Assembly (NCBI GenBank): GCA_000320545.1
Contig: ADNK01001791.1
Span: 37,832-101,831 of the forward strand
Direction: 5' to 3'
DNA length: 64,000 nt
DNA from: Bigelowiella natans CCMP2755
Lineage: Eukaryota; Protista; Cercozoa
Below, piece by piece: positions 14,269-27,524 of the stretch; position 1 is the first letter of the stretch, and the number at the start of each line of letters is the position of its first letter. The position numbers and the translations under genes were made by a program. The notes below the pieces were generated by a model. It saw nothing but the letters and a program-made list of their open reading frames with translations. It was not told where the DNA came from and did not search any database.

Positions 14269-15355
14269 GAGTTAAGACATGACGATAGTGAAAGCTATTA
14301 AGCTGATGCCTTGAGTAGCCCTTAATACCTAACCCTTTTAGCATCTGCAGCCGAGTTAAAACCTCGCTCATTTTCTCCGCATCATCATCGTCATCATCAT
14401 CATCATCATCATTATGATCCCATCAACAGCAATAGCACGAAGACGACGACTGCCAGTCCACCTTGGACCCCAACTTGGCAGCGTATCCGAAGTTAGACAA
14501 TCCGGCGCCGATCATCTCTGCACAAACAACGATTGCATCATTGCGTGGCAGTAGCAGTAGGGTTGTGTCAGCAGAGGCCCGAGAAGTGCAGCATCGCCCG
14601 TTCGCACGTGCACGGATTCTGTATTCCGATGTGACAACGTGCTCATCTTATGTATTATTCATACGCACCCATCTCCTGATTATTGCTGAGATCGCCTTTT
14701 GTAACCTTATTGGGGAGGATGACATAACGCGTAAGAGACGTAAAAGCGATGTGAGGGCTTTGTCGATTGGAGGGAGAAGTAGGGGGGAGGGCAAGGGCAA
14801 GCACGGGGATAGGGAGAATGATAGGGGGGTGGGTTATTGCATGGGATTTTCCCTTTCTGCATGTGAAGAGGATATTATCACCATAATCGTGCTGCTGTCG
14901 ATGCCACCATGTGCAAGCTGAAGATGGATACATGCAGAGTGGTAGTAAGTGAAGTGGTTTTGCGAAGGAAGTTATGATGCTGTCTGCTGCTGCTGCTGCT
15001 GCTTTGTAGTGGTAGTAGAAGTATTAACTGGCTATCGATCTATCTACCCCTTCTTGGTGTGTCGTTAGCAAGCCCTTAACAGCTCCTTTGGCCACTCTAC
15101 GGAATATATTTAGGATCTTCTCTGTCCCCAGCTGGAGATCATACATTTCGTAAGCGAGTGACAGCCCATCGCGGTCTGAATCAACATCATCACGTGATTT
15201 CATATCATCATTTACCATCATTAACAATTAACACCGTCCTTATCCTGTGGTTATGTTGGCCGTGTATAACTGTATGCTTTGTGTGTGAGGAGCCCACCAA
15301 GATCCTTCAAGCGCGTGACTGTCCACACAGACATCTCATCGTCGCTCTCTGCATC

Positions 15356-15392
<37 letters not shown>

Positions 15393-17100
15393 GACAACCC
15401 ATAGACCTGCATTTATTGTGTATTTCCACAACTTAGATACACAACACTGCAAAAGAAATTAAGGCGACGATGATTCTTTGTGCAAGCGCTCGTTCCTCCC
15501 TGTCTCTAACGCACACTTAAAGCACCCGCTCACTCTCAATACCACTGTCTGCGTCACAAATGCTCCCAGCACGGCCATGAAGCTTTCTGGCTCCGAATTT
15601 GTAGCTGCAGGTTGATACTCGTCCAGGCCTATTAACAAGGGGTAAGAGCAGTCGTATTGTGGTCGTTGTGGTAGTGCCGGGGGGGGGCGGGAAGCTGTGG
15701 GTGAGCTTCAGTGAATTTGTCTTTGGTGGAAAGTGTAGATATTTTTTTCGCATACATAGTATAGAAAGAGGAGGAGAAGGGCAAGGGAAGAAGGAGAAGT
15801 AGAAGGAACAACAAGCACCCATGTGGCGATATGCAGCCCATTCTCTAACGCCTAGATCGCTGGCAGCCTTCTGTATTATTTGAAAATGCAAATCAACTTC
15901 GTATGCACGTACATTCCAGCAAATGCGACAGGCAAAAAAGCCCTTATGTCTCTTTACTTTGTTCGCTCCAGGATTTCATCGAAATGCGTGTACAATTCAT
16001 AATATTTTGTGCCGCTGTTGCTACATAGGTTGACGGGAAAGATCTGCTACGCAACGCACCGTGTGCTCACGTAACACAAGCGTCTGGCTTGCCTGCTCCC
16101 TGATAATTTCATGAATTTCCAAAGGCGTCTTGGTTTCCGTAAAATATTCTCACATATGATACAATGTCGGTAATTTCGTGCTAAAAAAATCGAAGAACGA
16201 CGACTTCCATTACAATGTAGCAGAATGAAGATCATCAGGTCTATACAACCATTCAGACGACCGAATAAATATTATATATATATATATATATTAGATAAGT
16301 GTGTCAATTCTTTTTCTCGCAATATTTCTTAGAACTCTTAGATATGTAGATAGTACCCAGATTCATAAACGGCGCGATCTGGAGACAGTCTGAGGGAGAA
16401 GGGGGGAAGAGGAGATGAGAGATGAAAATTTAGCTTTGAACTTGTACTTTCCAAAGACCTTGCGGCATATAAGCGTATGGAACTTCCTCCTCCTACAAAT
16501 ACCTTCATGTAGGGGGCAAGAATAATTGAATGCGATGGATGCAAACGTCGTACAAACCGCATAATCCTCGTCGATATTCGATAAAAAAAATGGAGGCGCC
16601 CGTTCCTATCACTACTTGTCGGATGTTGCTGTTGTTACCGATGTCGGTGCTGCCTCCCCGAATGTGATTTCACCAATCTTCTCCAAAATGATAAAGTCAC
16701 TCGAGTCGAAGCGGGAATAGCCTAGGCGTTGCTGGATCTTCTCGACTGGCGACAGGCCCTCCCCCCCCTGTGTCTCAGCTTTAGGTACCAGCAACTGCCG
16801 TCTCACTTTGCCACCCATGGCGATTCCACCAAATCGCCTGATAAATAGGGAAAACGGCACACTGAATTGAAAGGTCGCTCTATTCTTCCGACTCCACGGT
16901 TAGCATTTAGAGGTGGTTGACGTGGCTCGGATGTCGGCGAGCGTCTCCCTCTCCAGCACGCTACGTCCAGGCCCAACTGACGATGAAAGAATCGTCGAAA
17001 GCATAGCTAACTGCATGAGAGACGACTGCCTCCTAACGCCGCAGCCTTGCTGGCAAATGCCTCGGTCAATCCTCGGGCCGAGGACTCGGGCGCGGCCCAT
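12532..17100 (-). CDS. STN7/STN8-like protein kinase-fold protein, probably a plastid-targeted pseudokinase (~12 exons)
   Basis: Spliced motifs in kinase order: DFIILEKIGEITFGE (I), KAASDLGVREW (II/III), IFRRVAKGAVKGLLTTHQEG|LAHGGIDSSTIM (VI, HRD replaced), GLSNFGYAAKL (VII, DFG->NFG), KEDMRRLAVALVE|ILF (IX), DSNAGWEFIELLV...THRF (XI, resembles the STN7 GGxGWELL..H.YF segment). The N-terminal exon has a hydrophobic stretch followed by an R/S-rich segment. Confidence 0.7.
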
Positions 17101-17500
17101 CGACGTCGACGCTCTTGTGGTACACTTATTTACGCGTCCTCTGTTCGATTCTGTTTGGTTGTGTCGATATTTTATCGATGATTTACCGTATATTTTATAA
17201 TATACTTTCACGACTGAATCGGTTTATGACATAGCTTGCCATTATCTTCCTTCCTTTCTGGCAATTTCGAGTGGGTATACGCAGGGTAAAAAGGAGCTAG
17301 TCAACAAGTAAGGTTTTCCTGACAGGATTCCAGGCAATATCGATGTTGCGACTACCCCTGATTGCCCTAAATCTTAAATTCTTTCTAAGTTCGAAGGCCC
17401 GACGAATTTTCGGATCGAATTCGCCTGTTTTTTACCCCGGAAACATCTCAAGTATGAAGTCTCAAGGAGTTATCTCCAGTAGCCCTTCTTCTAAATCCGA

Positions 17501-18394
17501 ATGATTGCCACGGCGCTGCCGCTCTGCATGCTTTCGTTGGCCTCGAGCACCGTTGCCTCTACCATTCGTGCCTCAGCTTTGGTAATTACCTGGGGGGGAT
17601 AAATATATTATCGTGTAACTTAAGAGAATCGAGCTTAACCTGATACTTTATGCATTAGGCAAGGCGCAGGTTCGTACGGGCTGAGGGCAGCATGTTTCGT
17701 TTGAAGCTGCGAGGAGGATCATCGCTTCTGCGCCAGACTGAGACAACTTCTGTGCCTCAAAAAAACAGGAGGCGTCTCTCGGTCGGGGCTGCTTCGAGTG
17801 GTACTCTTCTCTATGTCAATGTATACGTCTATTGCTAGCCCGTTGCTTATGCAATGATGTGTTAATTACAGAACCCGTGGACACAATTGTACAGTATGTA
17901 GTTGTAAGGCGGGATCTAAAGGACCAATGGGGTAAAGCACTGCTAAAGTTTTCACAAATAATATCTGCTGGCTTTCAAGTCCAGACTGCTTTTTTGCGGT
18001 TCGTTCTGGTCGCTTAACCTCTTACTCTTTGATCCAAAGGCACTGGCCCGTTAATAGCACAAGCATGCCATGCTTCTACGGCAGCCTTGTGGCTATCTAG
18101 AGATGAAGAATACACTAAGGCATACACTGATGGTCACTATATCAGAGAGTAAAAATTAAATCAGTTTACAAATTTCATCCATGCCGGCGTTCCATTCATT
18201 CAGGTCTTGATGCTATGCACAAGGTCATTTTGAGTGCCAAAAACGAAAACGCTCTTCGCAAAGCCGCGAAAACATTAGAGGAGGTATGTTGTGTATATTT
18301 ACTAGTCTTATCTGTGTATATAAACATGAATGTGTGCTGGCCTATCTTGTGGCATTACGACGTGATATGTGTGCGGTACTTGTTTGTGTGTATC

Positions 18395-18430
<36 letters not shown>

Positions 18431-18680
18431 CGTAGGGAGGTGTAAAATGCAAATTGTGGATCGAGCAGCCAGAAAATATACCAACAGGTTGGTCATACTA
18501 CTGTCGTCTCTATCTTCGTGAAAAAATAGTGAGGTGTTGGCTTTGCTATCGCATCTTCTTTTAGCACGCTCGGTTGCCACTGAAACTTTGATTTCCTATG
18601 ATGTAGCTCTAGCAACTTTCCCAAGGCCTCGTAGCGAGATAAAGCCATTTACAAAAGGTCTACAATTGTTTAAAGATTAG
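17501..18680 (+). CDS. PTRHD1: Peptidyl-tRNA hydrolase PTH2 superfamily, PTRHD1-like, with a bipartite (signal + transit-like) presequence
   Basis: IVQYVVVRRDLKDQWG|TGPLIAQACHAS..., MHKVILSAKNE, KLWIEQPENIPT|CLATAPRPRSEIKPF; N-terminus MIATALPLCMLSLASSTVAS then ARRRFVRAEGSMFRLKLRGG. Confidence 0.85.
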
Positions 18681-18780
18681 CTAGATTAGGATAACAGCAG
18701 CCACTTTCTAGGTTTGAGTATGGATCTTCTCCTGTAAATTCTCATTTCTAGATTATGGTGACGGCACATAGTCTAGATAG

Positions 18781-19620
18781 CTAGATAGTCTAGAGTGTGC
18801 TAAAAATTCACAAGCAACGTTTCATTCAACTAGTCAAGCTAGCAAGGCTACAAGGTAGCATGTTGATCCCATTCATGACATCTCTCATGTAGCGTTACAT
18901 GAAATGAGTCTAGAAATACACTAGCACACGCCGCAGCTTGCTAGCTAGCTAGCTAGCTGGCATCGATCATTTGCATGTCTAGCAGTGGGCATGTCAAACA
19001 TTCTGTCATTACTAGATTGCAACATCGCTAGATCGCTAGCTAACTAGCGGTACATTTGTCAATGACAATTGTCAGCACATGCAGCACACTCCATTTCTAG
19101 CATTTGCAAGAAAACTGCATACTAGCATAGCTACACAGCATGCGATCACATGTCTAGATGTGTGTGATTAGCTCGAGAGCTGCAAGTGCAAGTTCAATTA
19201 GCGCTAGAGCGTTCGACATGCACGACAGGGACGAGACGCAGCTTCCGCAAGAGGAAAACTTTGAAACTGGACTTTTGAAGTTCTAGTTCCAAACAAAGAT
19301 GGAGTACCACGTTCTAGCGCCATAGCGTTCTAGCTAGCATACGATGATCTAGATGATCTAGTGATGGAGGCTAGGAGGGTGAGTCAACTCCATCTAGCTA
19401 TGCTGGCATGCGAAGACACCAATACCATCTAGCTATGCTGGCATGCGAAGATACCTACGCGCTGTGACACCGTTCAAGAAAAGAATTGAAATACATCTAA
19501 ACATCTCAACACGATCTAGATTTGTAAACTCTCTCTTCCATTCTAGTCAAAATCACTGCATTTTTGGATCAGTTCAAATCGAATGATACATCTAGACATC
19601 TAGATAGCTAAAATTGGTGT
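18781..19620. other. CTAG-rich, partly TpA-depleted spacer between convergent genes
   Basis: About 32 CTAG in ~840 nt by eye; many other surviving TAs are in CTA or TAG context. Confidence 0.85.
19390..19455. repeat. Tandem direct duplication with a 35-bp period (ccatctagctatgctggcatgcgaaga x2)
   Basis: Direct reading: copies start at 19390 and 19425. Confidence 0.9.
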
Positions 19621-19752
19621 ACTATTGTTGAGGATTTAACATGCTAATGTAGCCTTCGAACGCACGAACACGCACTGCTCCCAAACGAGCAGCGCTCATT
19701 ACGTAGTAGCTTTAATCTGACGTATATGAGTGCTATAGCTCTGTCTATTTTA

Positions 19753-21585
<1,833 letters not shown>

Positions 21586-22029
21586 TGTGTGTTATGTATC
21601 GTTAAGCTTTAAAGCTCTTTGCCTGTGCATATGCCTCATGGCATTTCCCCCCTAATGAGCAAATTCGTGCTCGTCGCAATAGAAAATAAAGCCGAATTAG
21701 GAACTATTTGTTTAACTGATGCCCTTCTAGTCGATCTGGGTGTCAGATCCCTGTTGTGTTGCGCGGGAAGTGGGTTTTTGCTGAGATCAGATAATTTTGT
21801 TGCCATCCAGCTCTATCTTGTAGAAGGAAATTCAAACCATTTTTCTCTTGCGTCAAACTCTGTAGGGTAGAGAAGGAAATATTTCTGAATGTCACATTCC
21901 TTGAAATTTGATAGAACGAAGTAATTATTTTTAACCATCAAATGACGATTCAATAAATGGGCGCAAAACCATGGTGTGGATAGTTTCCGTGTTCTTTCAC
22001 CTTAATTTCGTTTCGGATTCGATCGGATA

Positions 22030-22916
22030 GAAAACGACTTGGATGCTGCTCCTGCGACAAGGTGTCCAGTGTCCAATTCATTGCAATGAACAAAACTCAA
22101 CTTGGTGCATCTTGAGCTCAAGTGCCAAACGATTTCAATTTCACAGATCGCTTCATCAATTGTGCATCTCTGGACCTGTTCGGTGCGACATCTGTCGAAA
22201 TGAACATGAGAACATTGTCACTTTGGGAGCCTTTGCTGCCATGTCTTCAAAGGAAAAGCTGTGCCTTGCTCTGGGGGCACGATTTGGTGCACCTTCGACA
22301 GGCAAAGAAATCGACAGGGCTCCGCCGAATCGATGTCCAGCTCAATGATTTTGCTGCTGTGCGCCAATTTGGTGATTTTGTCCTTCGTCTCTGTGCTCCT
22401 AGTTTCTGTCACATGCAAACCCGATCGAGATGACTGATTTCAGCTTGAACTTGGACACACTCCACCTACTAGCCTGTTCCTCTCTAGCTCCCTGGCTCTC
22501 TAGCTCTGATCAACAGATCAACAGGCAGTTCACCTGGCCCCAACTCATTGTCCTTGGCTTCCTCAGTCACAGGACACTGTGTTAGTTTTGTTGCTCAACA
22601 CCAACAGGGTGCTGACAAGTCCTCGCAATGATTTTTGTTGAGGCGCTGCTGCACGCATGTCCAGCTAGCTAGATGTGCACGTCCCATCTGCATGGCCATG
22701 TGGTTCTTGCTCACGTGGTTTTTGCATCACTGGGTCAATGCTTCGTTCATTGTTCATTGTTCAACATGAATCAACCAATTCGTTGACCAATCGCTTTTGT
22801 CCGGTCATCATTTCAAGCAAAAAGTGACACCATTCTTGCAAGTCTGGAAGTGGTGATGAAAGTGCCAGCTCCAGAGATCTAGAGATGCCTGCCTGTGTGA
22901 CTGCATCAAGTCCATT
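22030..22916. other. TpA-erased intergenic tract 1
   Basis: 9 TA in 887 nt by eye: 7 CTAG, 1 CTAC, 1 TTAG. Confidence 0.9.
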
Positions 22917-23247
22917 TATGTTTTAAGTTGCACTTTGTGTGTGCGCCCAGCCCAGGCCGGAGGACTGTGAGCATGTGTGCGTATCGTTGTCTAGTTCTAG
23001 AGTTATGCATCATTCGACAGGCCGTGTCGGCGCCAGAACCATCAGTTGTGCACATGCTCGATGACAAGTGTTTATGCACGATGCTGCTGTGTACGCCACA
23101 TTTAGACAAGTATGCGTTTAAAAAAAGTGCATGCAGATAATTAGATAATTCAGGTTTGTTTGCAGACACAGCGAAATAAATTTGATCATCGATAATTTGC
23201 CGCTCTATTGGCTAAGTTTTGTGCATGTACATATATTATGTATATAA

Positions 23248-23252
<5 letters not shown>

Positions 23253-23302
<50 letters not shown>
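23253..23302. repeat. (TA)n microsatellite
   Basis: Direct reading. Confidence 0.9.
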
Positions 23303-23311
<9 letters not shown>

Positions 23312-23412
23312 TTTGTCATACAGAGCCGGAAGAGACAAAAAGAGGATTCCCCATATACGTCAGGCACTACATAGGGCCAATTCTGCCTCTACCAGCAAAA
23401 TTAATGAAGTTA

Positions 23413-24756
23413 TTATATTTCCGGCAACCACCTACCCGTCTTCGTAAATTTAATAGTGACTCGTCTCCTTTTCTCAAACTGAGCCTGAGCGAATGCCTTG
23501 TTCAACTTATTTACTTTCACGTCCCTAGAATCCGCAAGAGAGTAATGGCGTTTGGCTCGCCGAGCTACATGGTTCGAATCTTTACTTTTCGTGTCCCCTT
23601 CTTCACCTTCAGCACTGCTTCTAATCTGTGCCGTTGTCGACATCATCATCACCATGCTCTTGCCAGCACCTTCTCCATCTAATTTGCTATCCTTAGCCTT
23701 TAAGTCCTGCGTCGATGTTTCCGCCCCAGCTGTTCCATATGCTGCATCCTGAGCGACAACACCGTTGGGCGTTGAGCCGTAGGCTCCTGCTGCTGCTGGG
23801 TCATAGTATCCTCCTCCTCCTCCATAAGCAGCAGCAGCCCCATATGGATATGCTGCAGCGGCTGCAGCAGCATACCAGTACTGCTGATATGCAGCAGCAG
23901 CAGCAGCTGCAGCATATCCAGCCCCTGCATTAGCCTGAGGCGAGGCCCATCGTACTCGGAAGCAAGAATTACCGATTTGTCGACCGTTGAGGCCCTGGAT
24001 CGCTCTCTGGGCCATCTCTCTAGTAGCATAAACAACCGTTGCAACCCCCTTTCCAACTGGCATGGCGAGGCTTGTGATTTCGCCATATTCCTCAAATTCG
24101 CTCCGGACTTCAGACTCCGTCAACGTGAGATCGATATTCGTGACCAATAGACCGGAAGTTGATGCTTGTACTGCAGGATCACCACTGCCCCCTGTGCCGT
24201 TCTTGGCCACAGCTACGGAGACTCTCATGGCGCGATTTGATAGGTAAACGCCGGTCATTTCTTGCACTGCGCGGTCGCGCTCCATTTGGTCCGTGAATTT
24301 AATGAATCCATACCCTTTGGATATGTTGGTCGCTGGATCTATAACTACTCGTGCTCCCGAGACCGTGGTATAGCGTTGACGGAAGCACTGCTCTAGCATA
24401 TAGTCTGTCACATCAGGTGCGAGATCTCCAACGAAAATAGAGAATGAGGGACCCACGCCGCTCCCTCCACCCGTCTGAGCCCAGTTCAGCCTATAATATT
24501 TGCCAGGATTGCTAGGGACCGGTTTAGAGTTGAGGGTGGTTAGAACTCTTTCGGCTATATCACGGGAGCAAAACTCCACAAAGCCATAACCAGCGATGTC
24601 CCCTGTTTCTTTATTCCGGATCACTTTGACATTCTCGATCACATTCTTGTAGTCCTCGAACATTCGATAGACGAACGCCTCGTCCATGTGGGCATCAAGG
24701 CCTCCAACCCATAGCGTCTTGACATTTGTAGGCCTCGAGTAGTTCGCTGCCGCCAT
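23413..24756 (-). CDS. Intronless triple-RRM RNA-binding protein, RBP45/RBP47/NAM8/TRNAU1AP-like
   Basis: TLWVGGLDAHMDE..GYGFVEF, SIFVGDLAPDVTD..SKGYGFIKF, third RRM LLVTNID..KGVATVVY; A/Y/Q-rich region. Confidence 0.92.
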   Translation of the reverse strand: MAAANYSRPTNVKTLWVGGLDAHMDEAFVYRMFEDYKNVIENVKVIRNKETGDIAGYGFVEFCSRDIAERVLTTLNSKPVPSNPGKYYRLNWAQTGGGSGVGPSFSIFVGDLAPDVTDYMLEQCFRQRYTTVSGARVVIDPATNISKGYGFIKFTDQMERDRAVQEMTGVYLSNRAMRVSVAVAKNGTGGSGDPAVQASTSGLLVTNIDLTLTESEVRSEFEEYGEITSLAMPVGKGVATVVYATREMAQRAIQGLNGRQIGNSCFRVRWASPQANAGAGYAAAAAAAAYQQYWYAAAAAAAYPYGAAAAYGGGGGYYDPAAAGAYGSTPNGVVAQDAAYGTAGAETSTQDLKAKDSKLDGEGAGKSMVMMMSTTAQIRSSAEGEEGDTKSKDSNHVARRAKRHYSLADSRDVKVNKLNKAFAQAQFEKRRRVTIKFTKTGRWLPEI

Positions 24757-25110
24757 GACCGCGAGGAGGAAGAAGCTTCGGGTTGTCACAGTACCGAAAT
24801 AATAACAAGAGAATGAAAAAAAAGAAAACAATAAAGCGGCTATTGTTAATTTGATGCCCCACCAACAAATGCTTGTAGATCAAGAAATACACCGAATACT
24901 TCGTAAAAGGATGCAATGACAAAGAGAAGTCACAGTCCCAAGTTGGCAAGGCACGAAAGAAAATGGAACCAGGAATGGAGGATGCACCTGGAAAAAAGCA
25001 ATTGGAAAAAAGATGGACGAGGATTTCAAATGAGATCTTCAAGCTCCTCGATGGCTGAAATGCCATTCTTGATTCCTTCTGGTTTCACTAGTTAGACCTC
25101 GCTAAAGTTA

Positions 25111-25664
25111 GTTCGAGGCACTGCGTTTCGCACACTGCAAATGTCTTGCAACGTTTTGGAAGTGCAGTTTGTCTGTGATCATTGTTTCATTGTTTCATTG
25201 TTTCTTTTGGGATCGACTGCATCCAGGCTGGTTCAGCTTGTGCATGCCTTCTCATGGGATGCCACACACAAGTGGCACGCATCTGCATCATCACGGAACA
25301 TGCGCCAGCCCACACATTGAGCTGGATCGACTTGCTAGCTTGTTGTGCGTGTGCAATTGCGCAGTTTTTGTTCGGAAAGCGAGGCGTCACACGCGTGAAC
25401 GGAATCACGCGATGTGCGGGCTGCTGTGTGTTCACAGTCCAGGTTGTCAGGCACAATCACAATTGTGATTTCGCTGCATGACGAGCACAATTTCAAATGC
25501 ACGATGCAACTCAAGTGTGACATGATCGAAATGCCATGGAATTTGCATCAGGTTTGACCCGCATGCACACATGCGTTTCCATTTTGCATTGTGCAAATGA
25601 ACCAATGCAATTGACTGCTGAGACGTGGCATGCATGCATGCGCCCTCATTGCAGCGCAGCTCAC
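25111..25664. other. TpA-erased intergenic tract 2
   Basis: A single TA (in CTAG, 25336) in 554 nt by eye. Confidence 0.9.
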
Positions 25665-25793
25665 TAGCTCAAGCTAGCCAGTCCTATAGTCTAGGGTGCA
25701 CATGCAAACACATGTGATTGATGACTTTGAAATGTGCATGATACCGTTGTCGTTCGATTCTGTTGTTCATGCTGCAGCATGCACCACGACGGG

Positions 25794-26564
25794 TCATGCT
25801 AAATGAATCTGTGGCCATGCAGGATCACTGAAGTATTGAACCTCCCATCTGTAACAACCCAGACCATTTGTTGTATCTTTGTCATAGAAGTTGAACGCAT
25901 AGCAACCGTATGTTGATGAATGTCCTGGCTCTGTTACACGAACCCGCGTGCTATTTGCCTGTGTGGTTATGTCATCATAACTGTCATTGTCGTCATTAGA
26001 TGCCATGATTATGACGATCAAACCTGCACAAGATATGTGTGCCAGTCATCAACTTCTTGTTTAGATGACACCACCATAGTGTAGGTGGATTTTCCGGGAT
26101 TGTCCTGTGAAAACATAACAAAAAAGAGAGTATTTTTTAAAATTCTGAACCACAAAAGAGCGGAACGCTTCACGTGAACGGATGCGATGATTAAAGCATC
26201 AAGTAAGTGACCTTCTCTTCTGGACCTCCCACCGTACAATTAGGGGCTGCACGTGTATTACACACTGCACAGAAGTGGTTTGATGTCGAATGGAATATCC
26301 GACATTCTTTCTTTTGGAGCAGGTTAGGAACCTTATGTGTTAGTTTAGTAATCTTTATTTAATGCAGTTCATGTGTTGATATTTATTTTATTGTCTGACG
26401 ATGACACTACTAATCATACCTCGTTCAAACCAACGACATCTCCAAGAAAGCTAGCTCCAATATCCAAATCCTATTAACAACATTCGGGTCACGCACACGC
26501 ACACACACACACACACACATAAAAATATACGTGAATATTAATACATCTGTATGTAAGTATATTA

Positions 26565-26649
<85 letters not shown>

Positions 26650-26863
26650 TCATGCATTCACTCACTCTCGCCCGCAAATTAGTCACGTAAACCAATTATA
26701 CGTATTGTCCGCCGAAATGAAGATAAAATATGATATTGCTTACGTTCGCATAAAACCATGTGATCTGTTGTGGTATTTCGGGTCGCTTAATCCTCTCACA
26801 CGTCGCTCCACATAAGGCTAATAAAAATACAAAAGCTGCAAGCTCTAGTCTCTTCAGTCCCAT
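25794..26863 (-). CDS. Signal-peptide-bearing VOC (glyoxalase/bleomycin-resistance) family protein, 5 exons
   Basis: Spliced product MGLKRLELAAFVFLLALCGATCE...QQITWFYAN|DLDIGASFLGDVVGLNE|V...ECRIF...FCAVC...|...TMVVSSKQEVDDWHTYLVQ|ANSTRV..P.HSSTYGCYAFNFYD...YRWEVQYFSDPAWP; all introns phase 0 GT-AG; follows the beta-alpha-beta-beta-beta VOC pattern. Confidence 0.7.
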
Positions 26864-27524
26864 ATCCAAACCCTAGGAAGAAGGAAAGAAAGAAAGAAAG
26901 AAAGAAAGAAATATTTGTGCAACCAGATTACAGCACAATCACACCACATCTACACCTAAACATACACAGAATCACAGCATATTCGAGTTCACAATACTCG
27001 CACACGAACACACCGCTACCATATACAAATAGATGTATTCACACATACGTACGCACACAACTTACTTAGTGCATCAAATGCACACACATACACACATACA
27101 CATGTACATGTTCCAAAATACATCCACACGCAATTCTCACTCCCTCACTCATATCTCTCTCTCTCTCTCTCTCTTTTCTCCCTCCCCCCCCCCCCCCCCC
27201 ATACACACACTATTTTGTGCTAAAGCATTTCACCATGCTAAGAAGGCGACTGTCTATTGTAGCCCGTGTGGGCAGGCATGAATTAAGAAAGAGATTATTC
27301 TGTGTAATAAGTGAATGAATGGAACTACACACAACATGTATTTTGAGGGAAAAACATCTAAAAATAAGACCCAAAAAAACTACGACAATTCGTGGTTATT
27401 TTTCCGTTCGAGGCTGTATTACCTTTTTGTTTCGGGTTCTAATAGCGCGTGAAACTACGTAAATAATCCTTTTATTGCAGCACAGGACAAAACAACAACT
27501 ACAACACTTTTAGATCATTTGGCA

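Noticed and set aside
26018-26239. PH-domain-like tail (TYTMVVSSKQEVDDWHTYL)
   Set aside because: Splicing places it inside a complete VOC-like protein with a signal peptide, which explains the motif better.
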